Under the pieces are notes generated by a model, which was given only the letters and a program-made list of their open reading frames with translations, was not told where the DNA came from and made no database searches. A stretch of DNA of 64,000 nt, from assembly GCA_053919585.1 (NCBI GenBank), contig CM132808.1, one strand, 5' to 3'. This DNA comes from Euprymna scolopes (Eukaryota). Positions 1-13,019 of this stretch are shown here, one piece after another. The position numbers and the translations under genes are program-made. How positions within the stretch are numbered: the first letter of the stretch is position 1; the number at the start of each line of letters is the position of its first letter.

Positions 1-1212
1 GTGTGCTACATACGTCTTTCCGCTCATCCTTTACCGTCTGTCTGTACTTCCCCTCCCTGCAAAACCACGAACCAGCTTACAGGAGCACCTCGTCACACTC
101 TTGTGGAATGAGAGTAAGCATTATGTTTGCAGAGTGGTCTGTGTTGGAAATCCGAGCGAGGGAGGCTTGGGACTGCCCGATCTCCTGTGTCACAAGCACG
201 CAGAGAGGTTAGCCTTCCTGAGCCGTTCGTTGTACTTAGACGTTCCATGGGTCACTGCGGTTGGAAGCTCGTTTTCCAATCTCTCACCCGACCCCTCGGT
301 CTTCGCCGAGCTTCGACCGAGGGGGGAACAAACATTCTACGCCAAATGCCGGTCCGCACTTAGATCGTTGCCGGGGACCAGTGTCCTTGAACAGTCTAGG
401 AACAGTCTTTGTCGGGAGCTAGTGGGGCATAACACAAAGGAACCGCTAGTGAAAGGGACGGGGATGTCGTTAGAGGAGGTCCGCTCCCAATGGAGTTGGG
501 CGCCGGGTCGGGATTTTCTTACAAACTCGGAATTTTCCCTTACCTGGCGACTTGTCCGGAACACACTGCCCCTCCTTGAAGAACTCAACCTGTACAATGA
601 AGAAACCCAAGTCTACTGCGCTGCAACAAAGGCATAAGGGAAACAGCCGGTCGAGCTTTTTTCAACTGCAGCAGGCTCAAGACCCTCCTAGGGTACGTCA
701 ACGAGGTAACAGCTCACATTGATGCCAAGCGCTGGCTTGAACTCGACGCGTCATTTTGTGGAGAACATTGACCCGCCGCTGCCTAGGGAGAAAAGAATAG
801 TTTTTCTAGCGATACTAGCAGTAGCGAGGATGGTCACACGCCTCAAGCAAGTCCGCGAAGGGATATATGTTCCAGATCGGGATCTGATCGTCTACTTTAA
901 ACATCTGCTTAAAGTAAAGATCAGATGCGATTGGAAGCGGTTGCCTCGAGTGGCCTTTGACAAGAGGTGGGTGCATGACGCTAGCTTGTGCATCCAACGA
1001 GGTGCCAAGTTTGAATTCGTGTTACCACCATAAGCATGGTACATGTGGTACTGGGTCCTACGGAGCCCATCCCGCTAAGTTAGACAAATAAAAAGTAAAG
1101 AGACTCTTGACTGGTGGTACAAATGAGATCCTGTCCCCCGATTGTTTGTTTTTTGGCACTAGAGAACCTTCCAAGGCTACCCTACCACTATCCCCCCTAT
1201 CTTTTTGTTTTA
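1..1212 (+). mobile_element. Tx1-clade (L1 group) non-LTR retrotransposon, 3' part: ORF2 C-terminus plus start of 3' UTR, degenerate
   Basis: ORFs 101-637 (EGGLGLPDL; FSLTWRLVRNTLP) and 719-1033 (F...W before the stop) resemble the post-RT C-terminus of Tx1/L1 ORF2, broken by stops and frameshifts. It abuts the Gypsy RT at about 1213. Confidence 0.7.
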
Positions 1213-2180
1213 CAAAGGGAAGTGGGAGGCGGGTAATTAACAATGGATTGGACTTTTTTCGGGAGAGGGCGGATACCCTCCGAATCAATTAAATGTCCCA
1301 GGAAGGAAAGCGAAGAGACTCCAAACTCACACTTGCTGGGGTTGATGATAACACTGTATTCCAACAATCTGTGGAACAGTTGCTGTAGATGCTGCACGTG
1401 TTCGCTTTCAGATGAACTCGCTACGAGTAGATCATCAATGTATGCGTAAACGAATGGTAATCCATGTAAGACTGCGTCTATAAATCGCTGGAAGGACTGG
1501 CCAGCATTTCTCAGTCCAAAGGGCATTCGTAGAAATTCGAAGAGTCCGAATGGGGTAGTTATAGCAGTTTTGGGGATATCTTCAGGGTCCACAGGAATCT
1601 GGTTGTACGCACGGACGAGATCGATTTTGGAGAATATCGATTTACCATGGAGAGAGTTTGAAAAATCCTGGAGGTGAGGAATGGGGTAATTATCTGGAGT
1701 CGTGCGACTGTTCAGTGCTCGATAATCCCCGCAAGGGCGCCAGTCGCCTGCTGACTTTTTGGGCACCATGTAGAGTGGCGATGACCAATTACTGTTGGAG
1801 GATCGAATAATACCCAAATCCAACATGTGCTGAAATTCTTGCTTGGCGACTTTCAGGCGGTCAGGTTTGAGTCTGCGCGGGCGAGCGCTCACAGGAGGTC
1901 CTCTGGTCTGGATGTGGTGGGTAACATCGTGTGTAACCCTGTCGTTGTTAAAAACAGGACGAGTTATATTAGGGAAACCTTTTAAGAGGTCTGTGTAAGG
2001 GTCCGTAGCATCCTTCAATATGACCGAGCTTATCGTCACCTTTTTATTAATCTTCCCTTGCACGGTAAGTCCAGTGCTATTGTCGATTAATTTGCCGCGT
2101 TTGACGTCCACAAGTATGCCAAAATGATGCAAGAAATCTGCTTCTAAAATTGGAATGGGCTTGTCTCTCCAGTTTTTCAC
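1213..2180 (-). pseudogene. Gypsy pol fragment: protease C-terminus plus reverse transcriptase
   Basis: PILEADFL (end of PR), [38 protein letters not shown]. Confidence 0.92.
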
Positions 2181-2224
2181 GGATATATGTGGAGGTGCCT
2201 GAGGTTTTGGGAAATGAATCCTCT

Positions 2225-2765
2225 GGTGCCTGTGCGTGCACCGGGGCTACTGAAACCGTTACTTCCATGATTTTGTCTGCCAACTCTGCCAATTCCTCGA
2301 CCAAGGTGTGTCTTTGGAAGACGCTAGTATCATCTGAATACTGGACGGCAGCCTATTAACAAATAATTGTTTGAGGATGTCCGGCTGTAGAACGCTTTCG
2401 CCCATTAATTGTTTCATCCGTCTCAGTAATTGGGATGGTTTTCGGTCGCCGAGTTCCTCCTCGATCAGTAGTTGCCGGAGACGCTTTTGTTGGGAGTCGG
2501 TTGTTCTTCTGATTAACTCCGACTTAAAAGTGTCATAAGAAATAGATCCTGGGGGTGCCATTATCAAGTCGCGGACTTCAGCCATCACTTCGTGCGTGAG
2601 TGCAGCCACCACATGGTTCAGCTTAGTTAATTCGCTGTGAATTCGCTGAGTGAAAAACTGAGCTTCCATGTGGGCGAACCACAACGTCAGGTCGTGTGTC
2701 CAGAAAGGCGGAATTTTAAGAACGGCCTGTATTGCCGTTGTCGCTGATATGGTATCACTATCCAT
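2225..2765 (-). pseudogene. Gypsy gag, frameshifted
   Basis: KIPPFW...WF..MEAQF and LGDRKPSQLLRRM; continues by frameshift into LAELADKIME. Confidence 0.85.
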
Positions 2766-2875
2766 GGTTGGTTTGCCGCCCTCGCCTGGGTTGAAAAAAA
2801 CTTAGTTTGAAAGTCTTTAAACTGCCGAATTGGGAATGTCCAGCTCCTCGCGTGTTCTACCAAAGTCTGACGAAA

Positions 2876-2886
2876 CGGGGTCACCA
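2876..2886 (-). promoter_or_regulatory. Primer-binding site (tRNA-Trp-like)
   Basis: Minus-strand TGGTGACCCCG, 1 nt after the LTR CA end; complementary to the eukaryotic tRNA-Trp 3' end (...CGGGGTCACCA). Confidence 0.75.
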
Positions 2887-2887
2887 G

Positions 2888-3434
2888 TGAAGTGAGCTGC
2901 TCGCCGGGCAAAACAACGAACAGCTCCTTAAAAATAATTTTTCATAAACATTAATAAAAAAACAAATATTCAAAAAAATTAATGAAAATAAATAGTCAGA
3001 CTTGGCTTGTTAAAAGAAGTGTAATTTTATTTACCCTTTTGTGTATCACACTCATGTGGTTTCTTTTGTGTCCGTAGAAAAGAAAGAAATCTTGACTGAC
3101 TGGGTAAATGTTCTCTTTTTTGGCGTAAGGTCGAAAAGAAAAGATAAATTAAATATTTTTCTGTGGGATAGCTTTTCGAGTAAAAAGTGGCGTGGAAAGG
3201 TAAGAAGAATGTTTTTTTGGTTTCATTATGAGAACTGGCATAGCGCGTGTCACGCACATGTGACAGACACAGCAGTAGCGCGTGTTAACTCCTCAAGGGT
3301 CAGCGAGCGAAAGAGGAAGAGAGGGCACTTGAATTTGGCGCCACGGTTTTTTTTGTCCTCTTTTTTAGAGCTCTCTGGAAACGGTGACAATTCAAAAGTC
3401 TCTGTCAAATTTTAGTTCCGGGGTAGACGCTACA
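2888..3434 (-). repeat. Gypsy 5' LTR
   Basis: Minus strand starts TGTAGCG at 3434 and ends TTCA at 2888, directly before the PBS. The outer end is inferred because no second LTR is present. Confidence 0.65.
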
Positions 3435-4120
3435 GTCTTAAAGAGGGAAAAATATCCAAACGTTAGAGCACAAAAATAGACATAACTTCCTTAATTTTTA
3501 TTCGATTTAAAATTTTTTAAAACATTCTTTTTTAGCTCATCAAACTCTTTCTATAGATACCAATATTGAAATATTTTAAGCTATTTCAATTTTTTCATGT
3601 GTATTGTGAAAAAGAGTAACATTTTTTGGGAATGGCATAAAGGCTAAAAGTTTTGATTCTGATACCTCAAAATGTTCCGATTTCCAGATTCCGATTAACT
3701 ATCCTAACACTAATTATATCACTTTTTTCCATAACAAAATCTGTGTTGCATAAAAAAAAAAAAAAAAAAAAAAAAATGGAGAAAATTCAGTTTCATCAAC
3801 ATAAATCTTTTTAATATGGATTTTATGACCCTGGTATATATTAATTAGCATTAAAATAGCTTTACCAAGATATAAGACATGACCATATTGTGAAATATCA
3901 AAATGTTTTTATATGAAGTAGCAGGTACTACATTCCGCCATTTTGAATTTAGCCCACTTCTTTAAAACACTTGTAGGAATGGTTCTAGTGGAAAACCCAT
4001 CCTGAAATTTGGAATATACACTGTCATCAAATCTTTTGTCAAAATTACAAATATATTAAAATGACCCTTTTTGAGATAAATATATTTTGTTCAAATTTAA
4101 TAAATAAATAGGGACTGGGG

Positions 4121-6013
4121 GAATTTAGTAAAACTCGTTCCGGTAAAACTCTTCTCCGGAAAACTCGACCCCTTTCGCTAGGTAGAAAAACTGGTCCCTT
4201 ATTGAATAAATATCGATTGAAAACACATTTTATGATCGTTCTTGAAGGAGATATTGTTTTTTTTAAAATAGACTAAAAATATATATATATTTTTTTAAAT
4301 AAAATCGATTTTCTAAGTGTCCGTTTTCTACCTAATTGGCTAAGTTCTTAGTGGTTTCACCTATTTTAAAGCGTTTATTATGTTCATAAACGAGACCGCA
4401 TATTTTTTTTTATATTAATATAAAAAGAATTTACTTATTTACTGTTGTTTATAAAAGGGTAAAATCGATTTTTCTACCTCGCCGACTATGTTGTTTGTTG
4501 TTTAATTTATTTGGAATCGTTTATTCGGTAAAGAAAAAAAAACACAGAAAACAAACAAAAAACATGTTGAGTGTTACGTGAGAACGAGAAATAATGTCCG
4601 GTATATCACATCTTAGGGGTCTTGATAATCGCTAAAAAATAGAAAATTAAAGAAATTCCTGAGGGAGATTTGGTTTTAAAAAGAAAATAATAAATTTTAA
4701 TATTCTTTAAAATATAATTTAGAGAGGAGGGGGGGGGGACTATATCTCCCTTCGAAAAACAACCAACAAAAAATGAAATTAAAAAGATTCTTGATAAACG
4801 ATAACGGGATTTTCAATAAAATTGATTAATAAATTTATTTAGTGATTACTTTTTCTCTTAATGATTGATTTTAGAATTTTGAAGTAAAAATTAAAAAAAT
4901 TAAAAATGAGGGGTTTGTATTACTGTACACAGATTCGAAAAAGTTGTCAAAAAAACAAATTTATTCAGCTCGAAAAGCATACAGTGTTTACCGATGTATT
5001 GGAAAATTCAAAATGGCGCCCGACACTCTCTTTAACACGGTAAGTTCAGGAAAAGATGTTATAAATAATAAACTAGACAAAATACTGTTAGAAATTCGCT
5101 CATTATATGTTACCGTGACATAAGTTGACATATATTCGGTGTTTTTAAATAGTATTTTATCTAGTTTATTATTTATAACACCTTTTCCCAAACTTACCAT
5201 GTTAAAGAGAGTGTCGGGCGCCATTTTGAATTTTCCAATACATCGGTAAACACTGCATGTTTTTCGAGCTGAATAAACATGTTACATTGAATAAAAACAA
5301 AAAAATGTATCCAGTTTGGTAGAAAAGTAACTTATCTTGCCTTTGATAATATTTATTTGTTATATATTTGTTTTTTGACAACTTTTTCGAATCTATGTGA
5401 GTGTACAGTAATACAAACCCATTAATTTTTGCAAAATTTGACAGGACGACAATAAATGTTGATAATTGATAAAATTATAATTTTAAATAACGCATGAGTG
5501 CATTTGGTATGAGAGAAAACAAAAACATAACAAAAAAAAAACTATCATAATTAAAAAAAAAAAAAAAAAAAAAGTAACGAAGAATCAACGAATCGCTCCC
5601 TGTTTTTTAATTTTTTTGTTTCATTTTTTATTATTGTTTTTATGACTCCAAAAAACATCGTTAAAATACGAATAAAAAAAATTTGTAATTAACTTTGTAT
5701 GAACATAATAAACACTTTAAAATAAGTGAAACCACTAAGAACTTAGCCAGTTAGGTAGAAAACGGACACTTAGAAAATCGCTTTTATTTAAAAAAAAAAA
5801 AAAAAAAAAAAAAACAATTAACAAGTAAAAATATTTTTTTTAAATATTATGAGAGGGCTATAGTCTATTTTAAAAAACAATATCTCCTTCAAGAACGATC
5901 ATAAAATGTGTTTTCAATCGATATTTATTCAATAAGAGACTAGTTTTCCTACCTAGCGAAAGGGGATAAGTTTTCCGGGGTCGAGTTTTCCCGAGACGAG
6001 TTTTCCGGGCACC
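4121..6013. mobile_element. Non-autonomous foldback DNA transposon, Mutator-like
   Basis: About 270-bp TIRs (4121-4390 vs about 5700-6013) with repeated (CCGG)AAAACTC units. Candidate 9-bp TSD GGACTGGGG/GGGCTGGGG (8/9 match). No ORF. Confidence 0.7.
4911..5420. mobile_element. Palindromic MITE, copy 1 (same family as 36164-36760)
   Basis: Ends GGGTTTGTATTACTGTACAC / GTGTACAGTAATACAAACCC; nearly the whole element is an inverted repeat; the left arm has a deletion; no TSD recognisable. Confidence 0.8.
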
Positions 6014-6401
6014 GGGCTGGGGACATGCACTAAAAAATATTTCCCTTCATATATTTTACGGAAACTGCATTTTATATGTAATTTCATTCTAGAATGGATA
6101 AGTATTGAAAATTTCACGAAAATCTGACCATTAATTGATTTTTACTAGATTTATTAAACACGGGCATGTTTTTCCGTTCAAAATGCTTACTACGTTATTT
6201 TAAAACGCGAATTATGTAAACACGATTTTCGTACTCTGAAAAAAATTTTTTTTTTTAATTATCACTAGTTTATTTTGCCATCCTTTTAAATGGTTATATT
6301 GATAAGATTAATTTATAATAAACTTACATCGTTTTACATATGGAGGGGGTTCTTGGCCTTTTGGTCAAGTTTTAATCACTTTAGTCACAAAGACCCTGAA
6401 C

Positions 6402-7752
6402 TAGGCACCGCCAAAAATGGCCGCAAAATCAAGTTGTTGTTGTTTTTTAAAACTAAATTACATTTATTAAAATCCATTATTTCTGAGTAACTTTTTTTTT
6501 CCAGAAAGATAAAACCCTGAATTTTATCATATAGAAAACAGAATAATGTAAAACTTTTTCTACTATTTTTAATTCAATTTTAAATGTTAAATTTTCCCAA
6601 AAAGTTAACAATTGTTATTTTTTGTCTTGCACAAAAAACGTACTTAAATATTTAAAAAAAAGGGTTTTTGAAATAATTTATTTATTCATTTATTGTCTAA
6701 CTAAGATTTAGGATGATTTTCTAAGAGAATATGCAAAAATATTATAATATAAGTACCTGAATTTCAAATAATTCCACTTATTCATATATGTAACTAGATA
6801 TTTCGCGTCGCCGAAGAGTTCAGATCGACTCTGTTTACGTTTTCTTTCGATTAGACGAAAACTATGGAAGACTAAACAGGCCAAAAAAACTTATTTTTCA
6901 GTGACGAAAATTTCAATGTATTATTAAGCTGAGGCTGGCCAGTACCAGATGGGTGACCATTTGTATGAGTTTGGTTTTTAATGTGTATGTGTGTGGGGGC
7001 CAGGCTCCCCAAAATGGGGGGAGGGGGCAATTTAAAGCAGAATAAAAAAAAATTATTTCAGCGCGTTTGGTCCACCGTAGTCGAAAGGCGGCAAACGTTT
7101 TCAAACGAGATCGAAAAAAATGATGCTATTTTTAACACAAAGGGCACAATATTTATCGAATTTTTTTTTTTTGTATCGATTATTCAAAGCATGCTCTGTT
7201 TAATAATGGTCATGCATTATTCGGCTCGCTAAAAAAAAATTGTTAATTTATTTATCAAAAATTTTAAAATGGCTTTTTTCGTATAAATATAAAAAAAAAT
7301 TTTTTTTTGTTTTGCTTAACTTAAATTAATTATTTTACTTAACATATTCACCGAATTTCACACTTCAAAACTCAAAAGCGGGATAATTAAACACAATCGA
7401 AGTTCTGATATTCAGACGTCAAAATAAGGTATGCAAACAATTTTTTTTTTTTTTTTTTTTAATCTATAATTCTGTCCCTTACAACAACACAATATGTTTT
7501 GTTCAGTTTCAGATGATTATTTTAAGCATATTTGTTCCCACTTCAAAACAAGGGGGGGTTTTGTAAGCAAAAAAAAATATATATATAAATATCGTTTATG
7601 AAAAATAAGTACACTGTTATAAAGTTCATTCTTCTCCTAATAATCGCTGAAAATTTCGTATTGATCGGATAATTACCTGATTTTTGGTAGATTTTTAAAA
7701 AGACGGTCCGTCAAAAAGTACTGACCTGCCCCCCCAGTTTTGGCGGTGCCTA
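6402..7752. mobile_element. Non-autonomous hAT-type DNA transposon
   Basis: 15-bp TIRs TAGGCACCGCCAAAA / TTTTGGCGGTGCCTA and a perfect 8-bp TSD CCCTGAAC (6394-6401, 7753-7760). Confidence 0.85.
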
Positions 7753-7880
7753 CCCTGAACCCTTCCCTTCCCCAATTTCTTGTAGGGCCTTGTGCCTAAT
7801 TTTGTTGTTTGAAAATCTTTTGGTTTTTTTTTTACTTAATTGTATTTACAAAATTTTAAAAAGCAATAAAATATATAAAC

Positions 7881-7905
7881 AAGATCAAAGTGTAGTATCT
7901 GTTCT
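7881..7905 (+). other. U2 snRNA-derived motif (branch-site recognition region) at LINE 5' junction
   Basis: AAGATCAAAGTGTAGTATCTGTTCT matches the conserved U2 5' region containing GUAGUA; no further U2 sequence on either side. Confidence 0.85.
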
Positions 7906-8279
7906 CTGATACATACATAGCGCTGCCGCTAGGCAGTGCAGTGGGCAGTGCTCTGTTCTGGCGACACACTCTCGTGCCCGGAACACCTGACGAGCTTGTT
8001 GGGTAGCGTTCTGTCCGTACTCCCACTTGGTCTGTCTTTCTCTGCTCTTCCCCCTTACAGGGGGGGGGGGGGATCCGAGCTGATAATTTACGACCTTCCC
8101 GCGAGGGAGGGTCGGAAACACTTTCTCTCTTCCCTCCACTAACTTCTCACTCCCTCTCTCAGTTCTATCTCCCCTCTTGCCGCCTTTGGCGCCAAAGTCG
8201 GCTCCTCACTTTGGACGCCGACTCCACGTCACTCATTTAGGTGAATTTTAATACAGGGAAGAGAGAGCTTTTTTCAAAA

Positions 8280-10934
8280 ATGGACACCCCCAGCCCGGGG
8301 ACCACCAATACAGATACCCCCAGCCAGGGGGCTACCACAAGAAAAACTGCTCCCCAAGAGGACGACTCCCCAACAGGGGGAGCAAAAAGCAACGGGGCAT
8401 ACCGCCCGGACACTAAACCGAAGGGCGCCCCCCCCCAGAAGGGAGAAAACTCACCAGCAGCTCCCCAAGAGGGTGACTTCCAACAAAGGGGAGAAAAAAC
8501 AATGTTGGACGGGGCATCCCGCTCTGACAACAAAAATCAAGAGGCAGTAGCCCCAAAGGACGATAAGGGAGACAGTGCTCCCCAGGAGGGCTACTGCCCC
8601 AAAAGGGGAGCAAATCAAGAAAACGAGAGGGCATACAGCATAGACCTCCCCAAAACAAAAGAGGCAAAAGCTCCCAAGGACAATAAAGAGGACAATGCTC
8701 CCCAGGAGGCCGACTCCCCAAAAAGGGAGGCATTTCCTGGAAGAAGTATAGAGCAAGGAGAGTCAGTCCCAAAGGAAAGCAGAAAGGGAAATGCTCCTCA
8801 AAATAGCAACCCTTCCGCAAAGGAACAGCAAAAACAGTCCAACCTCACCAAAGATCCAACACCAACAAGAGGGTCGGCATGGGGGAAGACTGTAGAGAAG
8901 CAACTGTCCCCTCAAGAGTATAGAGACTTGTACTTGACCAAGTACAGACAATACATAGAGGGGGCAGAAATTAAACCAGTGCCAGGCGCTTGGGAGGCAA
9001 TCGAAGACAGAGTCCTCTCCCTCATCATTTCGGATATGCCGGAAAACCGCCTCCTAGGGATGAAAAAGGAAGACATGGCGGGGCTCTTACACAAGCTAAA
9101 CATCCCGTACCCGAGGAGCTACGCCATGTGGGACATCCTCCTACCCACCAAGTAAGATGCGGAGAGACTCTCTCTACAGGAAATTAAGTATGGGAGAATA
9201 AAACTAAAGCCCGAATACCAGGGCAGGACAAGGACCCGGGTGCAGGTATTCAATGTACCTATGCAAATATCAGCAGAAATCCTGGGATCCTTCTTCACAC
9301 AGTTCGGCGAGGTAGAAAAAATAACCCCAGTGCAGTCGAAAACCGGCATGCACTTGGCCAGCTACACTGTGGCCATGAGGCTAAAGAAAGAAGGCTTCCA
9401 GGCAATACCAGCACAGCTGACATTTAAGGAGGCAACTATGACGGTGGTGGTGGAGGGGCGTCGTCCGCACTGCTGGTTCTGCCAAAAGCAGGGTCACATG
9501 GCCAAGAGCTGCCCTCAAAGGTCAACTCCTACTCGAGTGACACTAAAGGCGGTCCCAACCTCTGAGACAGCACCAGTGTCCAAACAGGCTGTCACAACTC
9601 CTGCAACCAGAGCACCAACCCCAGCACCGAGGAAACCCAAAACTACGCAGGAGGCCAAGGGGGAGGAATGGATCACGGTAATGAGGTGGAAACGGAAGCC
9701 CACAATCCCATCTGCCACCGTCCCACCACCAACCCAACAACCGAGGCAGCAACAACAACAGCAACCTCCACAACAGCCGCAGCAACAGCCACGGCAGCAG
9801 ACACAGCGGCAGCAGCCAAACCAGCCGTTGAATCAGCCGCAGCAACAACATCAGCTGCCGCGGCCAATTCCACAACCAATGCCACGAAAACAGCGGCAAC
9901 AACAAAAACACCAGCAGCCAAAGCAGCAGCAGCAACAACAAAAACGGCTGCAGCAACCAGAACAGCAACAGCAATTAGAGGAGCAGCAACAACCAACGGT
10001 CCCCACACCAATTGAGACGGGGACCAAGCGCAGAAAACACTGCTCCTCTGAGGATGAATCTGCTAGCGAAAGGGAGAGGAACTCAACCTCACCACTCCCC
10101 GGTTCATTCAAAAGAATAAAAAAGAAAAGCAAAAAAAGGAAAGGGGAAGAAAAGGCAGCCCCCACTCCCTGTGAGCATACACCACCTCTAACAACAACAC
10201 AACCCACTTCCACCCCCAAACTACATACTGCACCAACACTAGACACCACACCAACACCAGACACCGCACCAACACCAGACACCGCACCAACACCAGACAC
10301 CGCACCAACACCAACAGTAGACACCACACAGACACTCGTCCCCACACCAATGCAAATTGAGCCGCCATCCCAGAAAGAAAAGAATGTACCCGGGAGGGGG
10401 AGAGACCCTTCAGATTCTCCTACTTACGGACTCACTCCAACAGGGACCCTCGCCCTCGAAACGAGGGAGGAACTTTGTTTTGTAGACCCCCAGTCTGTGG
10501 CAATGGACTTACCACACCGGCAGAGAAAAAATTTAAAACCTCTGCTGGACTGCCAACAGATAGGGGGAAAAGACGTTAATGTCCCCTCTAATTTCCCGGA
10601 TGCCCCACGGCTAACAACTTTCCTCGGGCTTCCTGAGGCCTGCAAGACTAACGTGTGGACAATGCTGGAGGCCGCTGAAGGGGCTGGTCCGGGAATTGAA
10701 CTTATTAACAAAAATGATCCTTCCCTTGGGGAACTCGCAAAACAATGCAAGGGTAGGGTCCCAGTGTTGGTCCATCCGTCACTTTATAGGGCCCTTAAAT
10801 TGACTTACCCTTTGGATGTTGGCAGCATTGTGAGAGAAGGTCAGGATATGAAAAACCTGACCACCTTGAGCATTGCACACAACGTCGGTGTCCTTTCCCC
10901 GGCTGACTTCGGAGCTGAGTGTAACACACCTTAA
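8280..10934 (+). pseudogene. Tx1 ORF1 (RRM-like region, CCHC zinc knuckle, Gln-rich and TAPTPD repeats); one internal stop at 9153-9155
   Basis: ORFs 8241-9155 and 9240-10934 are in the same frame; VFNVP...FFTQFGEVEKI; CWFCQKQGHMAKSC. Confidence 0.8.
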
Positions 10935-10944
10935 GGTAGGTACC

Positions 10945-12540
10945 ATGGCTTTGAATTTGGCTAGTCTGAATGCAAGGGGCTTGAGATCATCGGGCCGGGC
11001 GGCTCGCCCCGGCACGACCTCTTGTCCCTGGGAGTGGATGTGGCTGCGATTCAGGAGACACATTTCGTTTCTTCTGTGGACTGTCAGGTGCTGGCCCGAG
11101 ACTTTGAGGTTTTCTCAGCATATGGCAGCCCGCGGGGGAAGGGAGTCTCCTTGCTAGTTAAACGTACTGTTTCCGCGACGGTCGACGTTGTCCATAGAGA
11201 TGCGGAGAGCAGGCTGGTTGTGGCAGATGTTGCCGTAAAAGATTCTGTGTTTCGGGTGATTGCGGTTCATGCGCCCAGCACCGCTCGTGAGAGGATCTGA
11301 TTCTTCAGTCAGCTTGACGCGTTTGTAGATTGTCGGAAGCGGGTAGTGCTAATGGGGGATTGGAATGCCATCTTAGACCCCGACATAGATAAGGTAGGAG
11401 ACGGAGCTAGAGGGTCTGAGAGGTGCGAGTCCAGCCTGGCTGATCTGATGGCTAGATGCGGACTGGTCGACAGGTTTCGGGTCGAGCATCAAGGGCGGGA
11501 AATGTGGACGTGGACCAATAGCGTTTCCTCCTATCCAAATACCTATTTGGACAGGATGTTAGTTAGGAGAGGCGAAGTAGACTTCTTATCCTGTCCCACG
11601 TTCACTTGGCTAGGCCAGACGGACCATAAATTAGTTATGGCCCGGCTGAAGCTAGGAAATAGGCCTAAGTTAGCGGGGTACTGGAAGTTAAACACCTCCC
11701 TTCTGGAGATACAAGACTTCCGAGATCAGTTAAGAGAATTGATTAAAAAGGCACTAGTGGGAGTAAGTGGTGGTTAGGTCTCAAAGCCAAGATCAGAAGC
11801 TTCTCCGTCAAGTATGCTCAGCGCCTCGCACTAGATAAGGCCAAGACGAAGAAGCAGCTAGAGCAGAAACTAGCCCAGGCTACGGGGGAGGGTGATAGGG
11901 TTAGTCAGGAACTAGCTAAGCAGGACCTTCTACGCGAGACTAGCGAGCGTTACGAAGGTCAAGTAGTTAGAGCTAGGCTTAGAAAGATAGGCATTGAAGC
12001 AGTCAATTCTGATGCAGACGTGCGCCGTGAGGTTTCTAGGCATGACTCGGACAAATACATTGCGAAAGTCAGACATCCGGATGGACGCACCCTGGAATCG
12101 ACTCGGGAGATCTGCGAGGGGTTTCGAGAACATTTCGAGGAGCGTTTTACGCAGCAGCCCGATCTTCCGGTCCTTGAGTTTAGCGACTATTTGGCCGACT
12201 CTCGGCGGCTAGAGCGGCTAGAGCGGCTAGTTGCGAGGGCCGGGTGACAGAGCGGGAGGTCTTTACTGCGCTGAAGCAGGTCAGCTGTGACAGATCGCCA
12301 GGACTTGGTCTGCCATACGAACTGCACTTGAGACTGTCGCCCATGTTTCTGCCTCTTCTGACGGATATGTTCAACGATTGGTTTGCTCAGGGATCCATCC
12401 CAGGACAGGTAACCAAGGGAGTGATCACATTGCTGAAGAAAGGTGACGGGCATGGAGGGGAAGAGTTAGACAACTACAGGCCCATAACTCTGCTAAACAC
12501 AGAGTTGAAGATTTTGGCCAAGGTCCTGTCGAATCGGCTG
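10945..12540 (+). pseudogene. Tx1 ORF2: AP endonuclease and RT N-terminus, frameshifted; remainder of RT deleted
   Basis: MALNLASLNARGL, IQETH, GDWN, TYLDR, TDHK, YWKLN, SPG..GLP.E, NYRPITLLNTELKILAKVLSNRL, then an abrupt switch to UTR-like sequence. Confidence 0.9.
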
Positions 12541-13019
12541 CATCCCTTACCCACAAAATTTTCTTTTCTCCATTCACCCCCATCTAGAGGGAATCCCCAC
12601 CTAGAGACTGACCAGCAGAAGCAAGGTTCTTTTTACAAACCTAGTGGAACGGGCAGTCTATCAACTAGACGGGGTTGGGAGGGTCCTACTAATCACCTTT
12701 TGTTTTTTCTTCCCCCGCCCTTGTCACAAATGAATTATTGTACCATTTTATTATTATCTTTTTTGTTTTTACACGTCAATAAAAAATGTTTTACAAACTG
12801 GGAGTTAAGTAGGACGTCCCCCAATATGAAAGGGTGAATGTGGTATTATGGTGAAAGAAGATACTAGCCGGGAGAAACTTTTGATTTTGTTTAGTTCTGG
12901 AGTGACAAGGATGACCAACGACCCCCACAATCCCCCCTTTTGAGTTGGCCATGTGCCTAAGTTTTTTGTTCATCGTTGATTTTGACTGTATTTTTAACAT
13001 GAATAAAAGATTTAATATC

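Larger units (their letters stand above)
1213..3434 (-). mobile_element. Ty3/Gypsy LTR retrotransposon, 3'-truncated (5' LTR, PBS, gag, partial PR, RT)
   Basis: Minus strand shows LTR TGTAG...TCA, PBS TGGTGACCCCG, gag and an RT with YIDD. Homology stops just after RT ([13 protein letters not shown]); no RNase H, integrase or 3' LTR. Confidence 0.9.
7904..13019 (+). mobile_element. Tx1-clade LINE, Keno-like (U2-associated), internally deleted
   Basis: 5' UTR, ORF1 with CCHC, ORF2 with AP endonuclease and RT start, and a 3' UTR with AATAAA. Flanked by an identical 19-mer TCAAAGTGTAGTATCTGTT (7885-7903, 13020-13038). Confidence 0.85.

Noticed and set aside
4988-5224. Short ORF in the MITE (also 36537-36764)
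   Set aside because: By-product of the palindromic sequence.
7881-7905. Functional U2 snRNA gene
   Set aside because: Only about 25 nt match; no Sm site or 3' stem-loops follow.
9515-10368. Ala/Val/Leu/Cys-rich alternative-frame ORFs
   Set aside because: Shadow frames of the CAG/CAA and ACACC repeats in ORF1.
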